Positions 26,679 to 35,279 of a DNA stretch of 64,000 nt are shown here, in pieces; the first letter of the stretch is position 1; every line of letters begins with the position of its first letter. Location: positions 1-64,000 of IMG/VR virus record IMGVR_UViG_3300026085_000098; one strand, 5' to 3'. A program made the position numbers and the translations under genes. The stretch is from a virus. Taxonomy: Duplodnaviria; Caudoviricetes. Below the pieces are notes generated by a model. That model was not told the origin of the DNA, did not search any database, and worked only from the letters and a program-made list of their open reading frames with translations.

Positions 26679-27359
26679 TTATGCGTATTTTTCGTAATAT
26701 GCATAAACTCTATTCCACCATTCTTGTTCCCATTCGCCAAATTCATCTGGCCACAAATCAAACTGCTGGTACTCACCTGCACGACTACACATAAAGATAT
26801 GTCCTTCACGTATGTTTGTGCCATGCACTTCGTTGTGTGCAATTGCATATGCTGTAAGTTGTAGGAAGTAATCTTCAACCCATTCAACTTTCTTAGGACG
26901 ATTCGTCTGTTTAAAATCCATGATGCAAGGCTGTCCTTTGTATACTCCTACAAGATCTGTTGTACCTGCATACATCTGTGGAACATAGAGTGGAACTTCG
27001 CTACCCCATATCTCATCTACATGATCCATTGCATTTGCTTTAATCTGCTCTGCCATCATGTGTGCTTGCTGTGCATAAGGGTTGCTGCCAGGTTGTGGCC
27101 ATTCTCCAAACTCAATGTAGTCTTCAAGATACTTGTGCATCCTTGTTCCTACACCTGCTGCTTCAGTTGTGATTTCTTGTGCTTTCTTTTCACCTACTCG
27201 TCTACGCCATTCGATAAGATGTGTCTTATCTTTTGTTTCGCCTAATATGGTAGTAACACTTGCTACTGGTGGGCCGCCTGGCGTTTCATACCTGCGCTTT
27301 CCGTTAACTTCTACTCGTTTGAGTTTTTCGTATTTGTATTTTTCTAATATTAAGGACAT
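26679..27359 (-). CDS. PD-(D/E)xK exonuclease-like protein
   Basis: SVTTIL, GTRMH, YAGTTD, IMDFKQT and QLTAY motifs. Confidence 0.85.
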   Translation of the reverse strand: MSLILEKYKYEKLKRVEVNGKRRYETPGGPPVASVTTILGETKDKTHLIEWRRRVGEKKAQEITTEAAGVGTRMHKYLEDYIEFGEWPQPGSNPYAQQAHMMAEQIKANAMDHVDEIWGSEVPLYVPQMYAGTTDLVGVYKGQPCIMDFKQTNRPKKVEWVEDYFLQLTAYAIAHNEVHGTNIREGHIFMCSRAGEYQQFDLWPDEFGEWEQEWWNRVYAYYEKYA

Positions 27360-27364
27360 AATAT

Positions 27365-27393
27365 TTTATAGCATCTATTTTTAAATAAGTCAA
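27365..27393 (-). promoter_or_regulatory. Sigma70-type promoter, probably giving a leaderless mRNA
   Basis: TTGACT-N17-TATAAA, 5 nt before ATG 27359; no Shine-Dalgarno. Confidence 0.6.
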
Positions 27394-27402
27394 TATAATG
27401 TT

Positions 27403-28359
27403 TCATGGTGCATGGTATAGTGTTACAATTTCTTTGATAGGACGATCCTTAAAAAGCGATTGATGTTTTTTTGCAATACTTACAAATAGATTGTAATTAT
27501 GATTTACAATATCTGTAAAATCTTGTGTGGCAAATAATTCTTTTGCAAATTTTATTCTTTCTATTATTTTATCCATATTACTTGCAAATGTTATATAAGG
27601 ATATGGCAAGTATTTTTCAAATGTTTTAAAACCTAAGTTTTCTAACAACTCATTTGAGCCGTTACCCGCTATCAAAAGAAATGGACTATGATTAGCAATT
27701 GGCCACCATGTTTTTTCTGTTATGATAGGATAAGAATGGCACCAAGTTTCTGATACTATTTCAAAATCAGTTTGTTTATATAATTTTTTGTTTCTTTTAC
27801 CCATAGAATTAAAACTACCGTTTTCGTCAAAAGCTTTCTTCATATCTCTTATAGGAGCATGTTTATCTGCAAATCTAAAAAATTTTTTATCAACTTTAAA
27901 TTCTGGAGGAGCATGTTCACCATTAAAACTCCAAAGATTACCTTGAAGCAAATTATTTTCGTGAAGTTGTTTCGCTACAGGATATCTATTGTCTTTCCAA
28001 ACTTTCCCCATTAAAAATAAAAACTTTTTATGTCCGTAAGAATATGGTGCAGGCTTACCATTATGATCATAAACATACATCAAACAAGCAGGAATTATTC
28101 TTACTTCATCCCATAATGACAAATCAGTAGACTTTTTCCCACAAGGATGTAAAGGATGATACCAAGAATTAATTATCAAAATATGTTTACATTTTGGATA
28201 TTTTTCTTTTGCTATAAATGCAAATTTATTGAAGTCTATGTTATAAACTTCTCTAGTTGCATTCCAGTAGATTTTATCATTACATACTTCTAATTCAAAG
28301 TTACCGTCGGAATAGTGTAATATTTCTAAGTCTACTACACTGTTGATAAAGTTTAGCAT
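27403..28359 (-). CDS. Putative glycosyltransferase-like protein
   Basis: FEIVSET...ITEKT..PI..HSPF..LGFKTF pattern resembling GT10-like phage proteins. Confidence 0.45.
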   Translation of the reverse strand: MLNFINSVVDLEILHYSDGNFELEVCNDKIYWNATREVYNIDFNKFAFIAKEKYPKCKHILIINSWYHPLHPCGKKSTDLSLWDEVRIIPACLMYVYDHNGKPAPYSYGHKKFLFLMGKVWKDNRYPVAKQLHENNLLQGNLWSFNGEHAPPEFKVDKKFFRFADKHAPIRDMKKAFDENGSFNSMGKRNKKLYKQTDFEIVSETWCHSYPIITEKTWWPIANHSPFLLIAGNGSNELLENLGFKTFEKYLPYPYITFASNMDKIIERIKFAKELFATQDFTDIVNHNYNLFVSIAKKHQSLFKDRPIKEIVTLYHAP

Positions 28360-28652
28360 TAATCAAAGTCGCCTACCTTTGTTGCCCTCTTTGCCATTTT
28401 AGAAACAGTGTCTTTTTCTTTACGCTTCTTTTGTGGTAAATCATCTACTTCACTTGTTTTAAATTCGATTACATCTGCACTTGGATCTACATTTTTAATA
28501 GCATCATTAATTCTAGGATCTTCTTTCATTGCCCTCATAAGAACATCACCATTGAATTGAGTTTCGCCTGCATTACGCATCAAGCGATCCATTTGTGAAA
28601 TACTGATTTGAGATACATCTTTGTCTCGTAAGATATTAATCACACGATACAT
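28359..28652 (-). CDS. Hypothetical protein, possibly the -1 frameshift extension of the upstream head-core gene
   Basis: No Shine-Dalgarno before ATG 28652; the frame is open upstream (K-V-S-E-N-I-D-T-T-N-M) through the A9 run. Confidence 0.65.
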   Translation of the reverse strand: MYRVINILRDKDVSQISISQMDRLMRNAGETQFNGDVLMRAMKEDPRINDAIKNVDPSADVIEFKTSEVDDLPQKKRKEKDTVSKMAKRATKVGDFD

Positions 28653-28675
28653 ATTAGTAGTGTCAATATTTTCAC

Positions 28676-28688
28676 TTACTTTTTTTTT
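28676..28688 (-). other. Candidate -1 ribosomal frameshift or transcriptional slippage site
   Basis: TCA AAA AAA AAG TAA: an A_AAA_AAG heptamer directly before the stop; the downstream ORF is in the -1 frame. Confidence 0.6.
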
Positions 28689-29482
28689 GAAAGTGTTTGA
28701 GCAAGTTTACGTGGATTAACAGATTCTTTTTTTACTTTTTTAGTAATGCGTTCGATGCTTTCACGCTTTTCGCGACCTGCATCTTCTTCGCCGCCTGCTG
28801 CTGCTGCGTCTGCTCCAAACTGATCGTCTGAACCTTCTGCGTCACCATCTAGATCTGGCATGTCGTCCATGTCTGCTGTTGGTTCCATTTCTGGTTCCAT
28901 GTCCATGTCATCATCGCCCATCATGTCTGCTGGCTCTGCTTCGCCTGTTAGTTGGCCAACGCCACTTGTTAATGCAGCACGAGTTGATTCTAATGCACCA
29001 TATAATTCATCTAGTGCAGGTTTTACTGTTTGTGTAAATGTTTCTGCTGCTTCTGTACCCATTTCGTCACGAATTGCATCTGCAAGTTCTAGCATTGATT
29101 CTGACTGCATTTCTGCTGTGTCTTCCATCCAACCTGTAACTCTGTCAACCATATCTTTGGCTGCCATTACTAGTTCTGCTTCGTCTTCTGCACCTTCAGT
29201 TACAACCGCTTCTTCCATTTCTTCAATGTCACCACGCTCTGATAGTTCTGCATTTAGAACATCAAGCATCATTCTTGATTTTTGATAATCATCACTTTCG
29301 ATAACATTGTTAAAACTTTCACTCATTTCAACTTGTGATAGTTTTGTACGGATTCTATTACGAACGTCCTGTAGTTGTTCTAGAGTAAACTGCTCTAGAT
29401 TGATCTTTTTACCAAATCTCTTTCCTAGAGATTCGTTTAAACTTTTTGCTGTGATAGGTGTAGCGAACTCTTTTATTTGCAT
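28676..29482 (-). CDS. Putative prohead core/scaffolding-like protein
   Basis: Very acidic and helical, with many I/L-x-E sites; late promoter upstream. Confidence 0.6.
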   Translation of the reverse strand: MQIKEFATPITAKSLNESLGKRFGKKINLEQFTLEQLQDVRNRIRTKLSQVEMSESFNNVIESDDYQKSRMMLDVLNAELSERGDIEEMEEAVVTEGAEDEAELVMAAKDMVDRVTGWMEDTAEMQSESMLELADAIRDEMGTEAAETFTQTVKPALDELYGALESTRAALTSGVGQLTGEAEPADMMGDDDMDMEPEMEPTADMDDMPDLDGDAEGSDDQFGADAAAAGGEEDAGREKRESIERITKKVKKESVNPRKLAQTLSKKK

Positions 29483-29514
29483 TATTCTCTTCCTAATGGG
29501 TTTGTTATAGTTAT

Positions 29515-29946
29515 TTATCTAATTTGTGATAATATTACGTTATCTAGAAGGCGAGTTGCTTGGTCAATTCTATCCTGTGCATCGTCTCTTCTGATTTCTA
29601 AATTATATTGTCTTTCGCTGTCTTCGGTAGATGCAATCACTGCATTATAAAAACAACAATCGTTAGTAAACTTTTCTATAATACTATCCTGTTGTTTAAT
29701 AGTATATGTTTGCGATTTGTTTAAATGTGCGTAAGATAATGCAATACCTGCAATTTTAGAAAAAACAACATCTACAGTTGTATTTTTACGTGTATCGATT
29801 ATCACATATCCATGACGTTTGCTTGGACGTATCATGTAATGACCTACACGAATTCTATTGCCTTTTTTAAAAGGTGCGATTACTTCCTTTGTCTTTTTAT
29901 CAACAATTTCTTGAAGTTCAGTGAGTGCTTGTTCCAGAGTTTTCAT
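29515..29946 (-). CDS. Hypothetical protein
   Basis: 143-aa ORF within a coupled cluster. Confidence 0.6.
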   Translation of the reverse strand: MKTLEQALTELQEIVDKKTKEVIAPFKKGNRIRVGHYMIRPSKRHGYVIIDTRKNTTVDVVFSKIAGIALSYAHLNKSQTYTIKQQDSIIEKFTNDCCFYNAVIASTEDSERQYNLEIRRDDAQDRIDQATRLLDNVILSQIR

Positions 29947-30139
29947 TGGGTTTTACCACCATCATACCTTTATAATTGACTCTAGTCAAGAGGCTTTTCT
30001 TGACTAAATTTTCAGCAACGAATTTTTCACGTTCTGTTAAGTTATCAATATAACAAGGACTATTGATCTTGTCAAGAAGATTTTGTTCTTCATTGGTGAT
30101 AAAAATATCAAAGTCTGTTATAAGGTCGTTCATCTTCAT
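29918..30139 (-). CDS. Hypothetical protein
   Basis: 73-aa ORF with ATGA overlap. Confidence 0.6.
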   Translation of the reverse strand: MKMNDLITDFDIFITNEEQNLLDKINSPCYIDNLTEREKFVAENLVKKSLLTRVNYKGMMVVKPNENSGTSTH

Positions 30140-30564
30140 ACTGAAATTGATCTCTTAACGTCTGCTTTTTTATATGTTACACTATTAGGTTGTGATGGTG
30201 ACTTTGTACCCTCTGGATTTTCCAATTCTACTTCGTCACCCTTGACTGCTTTTACTTTAAACTCTGTAGGGCCGCCTGCTTGCCCAGTTGGTAATTTTAC
30301 TTTTTTACCCGGTTGTAGTAATTTATCCTTTGCAGCATCTATTGCTGACGCTGCTGCTGTTCCAGTTGCTCCAACTGCTGTTCCGACGCCCTTTGCTGCT
30401 GCGCCTACACCTTTTGCAATTCCGCCAACTGCTTTTCCAAGGCCACCAACTGCGCTTCCTACGCCGCCTACTGCCTTTGCTGCACCTACTGCTAATGGAA
30501 CTGCTAATAGAGGCAAAATTTCGTCTAATTTTTCTTTTTCTTCTATAAACTCTTCTGCTCTCAT
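30136..30564 (-). CDS. Ala/Gly-rich putative internal virion protein
   Basis: MRAEEFIEE N-terminus and A/G-rich amphipathic repeats. Confidence 0.6.
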   Translation of the reverse strand: MRAEEFIEEKEKLDEILPLLAVPLAVGAAKAVGGVGSAVGGLGKAVGGIAKGVGAAAKGVGTAVGATGTAAASAIDAAKDKLLQPGKKVKLPTGQAGGPTEFKVKAVKGDEVELENPEGTKSPSQPNSVTYKKADVKRSISV

Positions 30565-30881
30565 CTTCTTCTCTTTGTTTTAAGTCCACGTCTATACTTT
30601 GGACGTAACTTATTTAACCTCGTTATCTTATTTGCAGTAGGACGTCTGACTGTATGATAACGTCTAATACTTTGACTACGTGCTCTAGTGCGTCTAGTTT
30701 TCTTTGCTGAAATACTCTTTTTACCACTTATTGGTGTTGAACAAGTACTAGCTTTAGCGACAACTCGACCACGTTTTGCACCACTTGTACATCTATAACG
30801 CCTTACCATTGTGCCTTTAGGACCACGTCCCCAAGTAGCACGAAAGTTTTCACCTATGTCTATGACTTCTGCTACGATCAT
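30561..30881 (-). CDS. Highly basic protein (RYRC domain)
   Basis: WGR..VRRYRCTSGAKRGRVVAK..TC; Arg/Lys-rich. Confidence 0.65.
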   Translation of the reverse strand: MIVAEVIDIGENFRATWGRGPKGTMVRRYRCTSGAKRGRVVAKASTCSTPISGKKSISAKKTRRTRARSQSIRRYHTVRRPTANKITRLNKLRPKYRRGLKTKRRR

Positions 30882-31699
30882 CTTCTTTTATTCAACTGTT
30901 TTAATCTTTTACTTGCAGGGTTGACACGCTTGGTTCTTTTTGCTTTACGTGCCATTTTTGTACCAATTGCCTTTTTTAGTCTTTTGAATCTTGCACTTTG
31001 TTTAAAGTCAAGTGGTGCAAAACATTGACTCATTTTGCTAACAATTCTGCCGTGTCTTCTTCCCCCAGAACATCTATACTTGCGGACAACTCTTTTACCT
31101 GTGCGTCCCCATACCTGCTTTTCGTCAAGAGATTCTTTTTTTGCTTTTTCTATTTCTTCTTGACCTTCTTCAGATTTAAACCAACTGATAATCCATTTAC
31201 CCATTTTGTAAATAGTATAAATTGACAACAATCCAAGTCCAAGACCGACTAGTATTTTAAATGCAGTTTCACCTATTAAAGAAATTATCCATTCAATAAT
31301 ATCTTCTATAATATCTCCTGCTCTTCTTAACTTACGTCCTATGTTTCTTGGCGGACGATTATCCATTCCCATTTTCCTATCGATGGCTGCGGCTGCTGCA
31401 AGTTCGCTTGCTTTGACTCCATCTAAGTAGGCTTGTATATCTTCTACACTAACATCGTATGCTGTAGGAGGAAGCATGACTCCTGTAGGAATATCTATAT
31501 TAGATTCTATGTCGTTTTTAAAATCTAAATCTATATTTGGAAATTCTATATCTGCTTGTTCAAGTGCTTTACTTGTGATATATGCTGCAAGAGTTATTCC
31601 GCCTGCTATTAACATTTGTGTTAAAATTTGTCCAAGAGGAATAGCAATTGCCACTTCGTCTATTTTTTGTTTTTCTGATATGAGGTCTCTTACTAGCAT
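30878..31699 (-). CDS. Putative internal protein with C-terminal basic RYRC domain
   Basis: Acidic N-terminal half, hydrophobic segments, and C-terminal WGR..VRKYRCSGGRRHGRIVSK..QC. Confidence 0.65.
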   Translation of the reverse strand: MLVRDLISEKQKIDEVAIAIPLGQILTQMLIAGGITLAAYITSKALEQADIEFPNIDLDFKNDIESNIDIPTGVMLPPTAYDVSVEDIQAYLDGVKASELAAAAAIDRKMGMDNRPPRNIGRKLRRAGDIIEDIIEWIISLIGETAFKILVGLGLGLLSIYTIYKMGKWIISWFKSEEGQEEIEKAKKESLDEKQVWGRTGKRVVRKYRCSGGRRHGRIVSKMSQCFAPLDFKQSARFKRLKKAIGTKMARKAKRTKRVNPASKRLKQLNKRR

Positions 31700-31711
31700 G
31701 TAGTATTTATG

Positions 31712-31948
31712 CTAGATTTGCATTATTATAACTACAATAGTGGATAGCAATCCTGCTACAATTGTTCCTGCGGCTCCAATAATGACCTTGGTCAAACTAT
31801 TTTGTCCTGCTTGCATTTGATCCGCAATACCGTCTAGTTTATTTTCAACTGTAGTTAAACGCTTTTCAAACTGCTCGTAACGGAGGGCACACAGATCAAC
31901 ATGTGCTTCTAATGATTCTTTTTCTAATGCGGTTGATGTTAAAGACAT
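31712..31948 (-). CDS. Coiled-coil plus C-terminal TM small protein (XhlA/holin-like architecture)
   Basis: LEAHVDLCALRYEQFEKRL coiled coil, then IIGAAGTIVAGLLSTIVVIIM. Confidence 0.55.
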   Translation of the reverse strand: MSLTSTALEKESLEAHVDLCALRYEQFEKRLTTVENKLDGIADQMQAGQNSLTKVIIGAAGTIVAGLLSTIVVIIMQI

Positions 31949-32025
31949 CTATTTTTATTCCTTGTAAGTAAACTCGAAGTTGGCCTTAATGTTGTAGATG
32001 CCTAAATGTTTTTATAACACTAATA

Positions 32026-32412
32026 CTATTTATCTTTTATAACAAAAGTATTTCTATCTGCACTTCCATTAGTCAAAAATGCAGAAACCGTGAAATCATT
32101 TGTTTCCTCTAGATCAGTTATTATTGGAACTAAGTCAAAATCATTTATCAAATCTTCTAATGGAAATTCATTTTCATACTCAAAATCTAGTTGCCATACC
32201 TTTTGAATACCTTTTATATTATTTCCAAAGTCTAGTTTATCTGTTTCTATTTCTGATACAATAGGTTGATTGTTAACGATAGCATTTGCCCTTAAACTTG
32301 CTGTTTGAATTACTGTAAGATAATTTTGCTGTTGCTTATATTCATAAGGATCATCGCCCCTTCGTGCATCAGTTCTTGTTATATCAACAAGGGTATACAA
32401 ACTACATCTCAT
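32026..32412 (-). CDS. Hypothetical protein
   Basis: Start moved to ATG 32412 (MRCSLYTLVDIT); the longer track ORF overlaps a terminator and another gene. Confidence 0.6.
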   Translation of the reverse strand: MRCSLYTLVDITRTDARRGDDPYEYKQQQNYLTVIQTASLRANAIVNNQPIVSEIETDKLDFGNNIKGIQKVWQLDFEYENEFPLEDLINDFDLVPIITDLEETNDFTVSAFLTNGSADRNTFVIKDK

Positions 32413-32427
32413 ATTGTACTTATTCCA

Positions 32428-32457
32428 TAAAAAAAGGGTCCACAAAATTGTGAACCC
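32428..32457 (-). terminator. Rho-independent terminator
   Basis: GGGTTCAC-AATTTT-GTGGACCC followed by a T7 tract. Confidence 0.85.
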
Positions 32458-32480
32458 TTTGGTTAGCCCTATTATGCTTA

Positions 32481-32864
32481 TTAAGCGATAGAAGCACCTG
32501 ATGCAGTTAGTGCTGCGATTGTTGAAGTACCGCCTGTTGCTGCATCGATTGCTGCTTCTGCTGCACCCCATGAACCGTCAGCAGCACCTGCTGTTGAACC
32601 GTCGTTCATTGAATTTGCATTACATACAAACACAACGTTGTTTGATGCTGGTGTACCTACACCATATAGTTCTGCAAAACCTTCTAGTGCTGCAACTGCT
32701 TTGTGGAATGTGCTGTTTGCTGCTGTGTATCCTGTTTCGATACCTGTTAATGTGATTTTGAAGAAACCTAGTGCTGGTGTACCGTGGTCGAAACCAACTT
32801 CTGTTGTTCTTGCGTTAGCGCCAACTGTTGTTGAGCCAACTGATACTGAATATACGTCTGCCAT
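32481..32864 (-). CDS. Small Ala/Gly/Thr-rich virion protein (likely abundant, possibly decoration)
   Basis: Own TAAATA promoter, AGGAG RBS and strong terminator. Confidence 0.6.
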   Translation of the reverse strand: MADVYSVSVGSTTVGANARTTEVGFDHGTPALGFFKITLTGIETGYTAANSTFHKAVAALEGFAELYGVGTPASNNVVFVCNANSMNDGSTAGAADGSWGAAEAAIDAATGGTSTIAALTASGASIA

Positions 32865-32972
32865 TTTAATCTCCTTTAATTTACTCTATGGCTGTCCCAC
32901 GCTCAGTGGAACTCTTATATTGTATTTACCATTTAGGAAAAATTATAGGGGTTTATGGCCGAAAAACGGAGT

Positions 32973-34061
32973 TTAATTGGGTCTCCAACGGTGTCTTGGC
33001 ACTAATTTTACTTTACCTGTAACGTAACCTTCACCGCCTTTTTCAGTACCAGTCATTTGCTTGATGTCAGCAGGCGCATCATCTAATTGATCAATAATAT
33101 GATTCTTTACTGCTGCAACTTTGTTCAATAACGCAAAGATTGCAGGTAAACTTTTAGGACTTTGCTTGTGCTTTTCATATATTTTTACTTGTTTAGGTTG
33201 ACTAACTTTGCTTGTTTTCAGCCAATTAAAAAATCCATCTACATTAATTTGGTCTAGTTTTTGCGCTTTGACTGTTTGGTTACTAAATGTGTAGATAATG
33301 TTTTTAAGATCTGATAAGCCCGGTTGTGATTCTAAGAAATTATCAATAAATTTTGCATTGGCTTTTGCCATTTGTCTAATTTCATTTGTTTCTTTTGTAT
33401 CTACTGTAGGTGTATGTGGTACATAGGTTTGTGCAAATGCAACAAGATCATTTGTTTGTATACCTTTAACATCATCTAAAGGTTGTCCTACTTTTGCACC
33501 AAAACTATCATATTTGCCATGTAATGCTACACCTACTTTACTATTTGCAATACGTTTGCCAATTTCGCTGTTAGGATCTACACTGTAAGTAACCTTGTTA
33601 GGAGTAAATTCAATTCCTGATTTGCCTTTTGTTGCTGGCTTTCTTGGTGTGTAGAGCAAGTCTCCGTAGACATAGCCTTCAAAGTCCTTCGGAAATCCCG
33701 CTTCAATAATTTTAAATAGATCTGACATCTCCGCAGCAAAATCTTTTCTCCATGGTTCCTGTTCAGCACCTTTGCCTGTGTTCATAATAAACTGTGCTAG
33801 ATCATTAGCATCAGTACTCATGTTTTTGCCCCAGCCGTTTTTACCAGTAAGTACGAACGTACCGTCAGGCTCGCGGCCAAAATATACAGTTGGATTGCCG
33901 TCCCATTTAATAGCAACTTTGCCTTGTCCTTGACCTAGTTGATCTAATGTGTCAGCAGCTTTCATTGCACCTGCTGCACCATCAAAAAATACAAGATCTT
34001 CAAGGTGATTATATTCTCTACCTTGCTGTGTTTCTACTAAACGGAACTCTCTATATCTCAC
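32973..34061 (-). CDS. ATP-dependent ligase-fold (RNA-ligase-like) nucleotidyltransferase
   Basis: Motif I IKWDG, motif III YGDLLY, motif IV EGYV and motif V KVKL. Confidence 0.6.
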   Translation of the reverse strand: MRYREFRLVETQQGREYNHLEDLVFFDGAAGAMKAADTLDQLGQGQGKVAIKWDGNPTVYFGREPDGTFVLTGKNGWGKNMSTDANDLAQFIMNTGKGAEQEPWRKDFAAEMSDLFKIIEAGFPKDFEGYVYGDLLYTPRKPATKGKSGIEFTPNKVTYSVDPNSEIGKRIANSKVGVALHGKYDSFGAKVGQPLDDVKGIQTNDLVAFAQTYVPHTPTVDTKETNEIRQMAKANAKFIDNFLESQPGLSDLKNIIYTFSNQTVKAQKLDQINVDGFFNWLKTSKVSQPKQVKIYEKHKQSPKSLPAIFALLNKVAAVKNHIIDQLDDAPADIKQMTGTEKGGEGYVTGKVKLVPRHRWRPN

Positions 34062-34893
34062 TGATAAGTTCCTTAATTCTTCTTAGGTGCTTGTCTGATA
34101 AACTTTCATTAGGTAGGCCTTTGCCTTCTTTTTCCATTGTATCTAGCCAAGGACCAACTAATGTTTCAAAGTTTGGATCCTTTCTAAGAAATGCAATTAT
34201 GCTTTCAACAGTATAAGTATCTTTTTCTGTTGCACCTTTTCCGAGCAGTAATTCTGCGATGTCGTTCCAATTGTTAGCAATAACTTTATCACCTTGTGCT
34301 GGATCAACTACGCCAAACTTAGGACTAAATTTATATCCTCTACCTCTTGCTATACTAGACAATAGAATTGCTCTATCTTTACCACTGTAGGCTGCTGTTC
34401 CACCACGCTTTGCTCCACGTTGATAATCAGGGTCATCTGTAAGCATGAAGTCAGTTTGCACAAATCCTTTGCCGCCTTGAATAGGCATACGGAAGTGTAC
34501 TTGGTCGCCAGCATCGTGAATATAACCGCCTGTAAATGGTACTGCGCTTTTATCACCAGTTTTAGCAATCATGTCCTTTTTGCTCATGTTCATGATTTGA
34601 TCATCTGGAATGCCTTGCTTCTTGCACCAAGCGACAAGTTTTGCTTTTAATTCTTCTTTGCTTATTTTGTTTAGGTCAGTGTTTAGATCTAAGTCACCAG
34701 AACTATTCTTTTCAAATGTTCCATCAGGATCTACTTTCTTGCCTGTTGTACCTAGCAAGTCATCGTCGACAAACTCTAAACCTACAATCTTTTCAATCGC
34801 AGCAACCGTAGGTCTTACTGCTGGTGTAGGAATACGCTGTGTGAGTGGTCCTTCGGTTGTTTTAAAAACATTGCCGCCTTCTTTAAGAATCAT
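34051..34893 (-). CDS. Pol-beta-superfamily nucleotidyltransferase-like protein
   Basis: LLGTTGKK...SSGDLDL and third Asp in VQTDFM. Confidence 0.6.
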   Translation of the reverse strand: MILKEGGNVFKTTEGPLTQRIPTPAVRPTVAAIEKIVGLEFVDDDLLGTTGKKVDPDGTFEKNSSGDLDLNTDLNKISKEELKAKLVAWCKKQGIPDDQIMNMSKKDMIAKTGDKSAVPFTGGYIHDAGDQVHFRMPIQGGKGFVQTDFMLTDDPDYQRGAKRGGTAAYSGKDRAILLSSIARGRGYKFSPKFGVVDPAQGDKVIANNWNDIAELLLGKGATEKDTYTVESIIAFLRKDPNFETLVGPWLDTMEKEGKGLPNESLSDKHLRRIKELISEI

Positions 34894-35143
34894 TCTTTTG
34901 TGACTCCTTGATTTTTTCTACACCTGTAGAGAATTTTCTCGGATTAGAATTACGTATACTATTAAGAAATCTGCGCTCTAGGTCAAGTGCTTGTTCTTGT
35001 GGATAGGTATCATAAATTTTTCCTAAAAGATTGATTGCGCTTTCAATAATATTAGTACCCGTAGTCTGAATAAACTCGTTACTGTTATCTTTGCGATGTA
35101 TATTATTAAGTTCTTCAAGTATGCTTCTTGTTTTTTTTCTCAT
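34883..35143 (-). CDS. Conserved hypothetical protein
   Basis: TRSILEEL...LERRFLNSIR. Confidence 0.6.
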   Translation of the reverse strand: MRKKTRSILEELNNIHRKDNSNEFIQTTGTNIIESAINLLGKIYDTYPQEQALDLERRFLNSIRNSNPRKFSTGVEKIKESQKNDS

Positions 35144-35179
35144 TGGCTTAATTCCCTGATATAGTATTTAGCCTAGTTT

Positions 35180-35244
35180 AAGAAAGAGGGGCTCACCGTT
35201 GGCCCCTGCGTGTTTATTGCGTAACAACCCGGATTGTATCAATC
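35180..35244 (-). ncRNA. Candidate ~65-nt small RNA
   Basis: Lies between a sigma70 promoter and a GGGGC/GCCCC terminator; no ORF; 5' GATTG-ATA-CAATC hairpin. Confidence 0.55.
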
Positions 35245-35248
35245 TATT

Positions 35249-35279
35249 ATTATATAACATATAACAATGCCTATGTCAA
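35249..35279 (-). promoter_or_regulatory. Sigma70-type promoter for the candidate sRNA
   Basis: TTGACA(35279-35274)-N17-TATATA with TG extension; an alternative TATAAT lies at N19. Confidence 0.65.

Noticed and set aside
26679-27359. Cas4 as evidence of a CRISPR system
   Set aside because: It is a PD-(D/E)xK exonuclease without the Fe-S cysteines, and no array or other cas genes are present.
32412-32571. N-terminal extensions given by the ORF track (also for 5678-6295, 17749-18531, 22025-24370, 36183-36485, 39381-40415, 60313-60654)
   Set aside because: They overlap upstream genes, terminators or promoters; downstream ATGs fit the RBS/promoter spacing or the conserved N-termini better.
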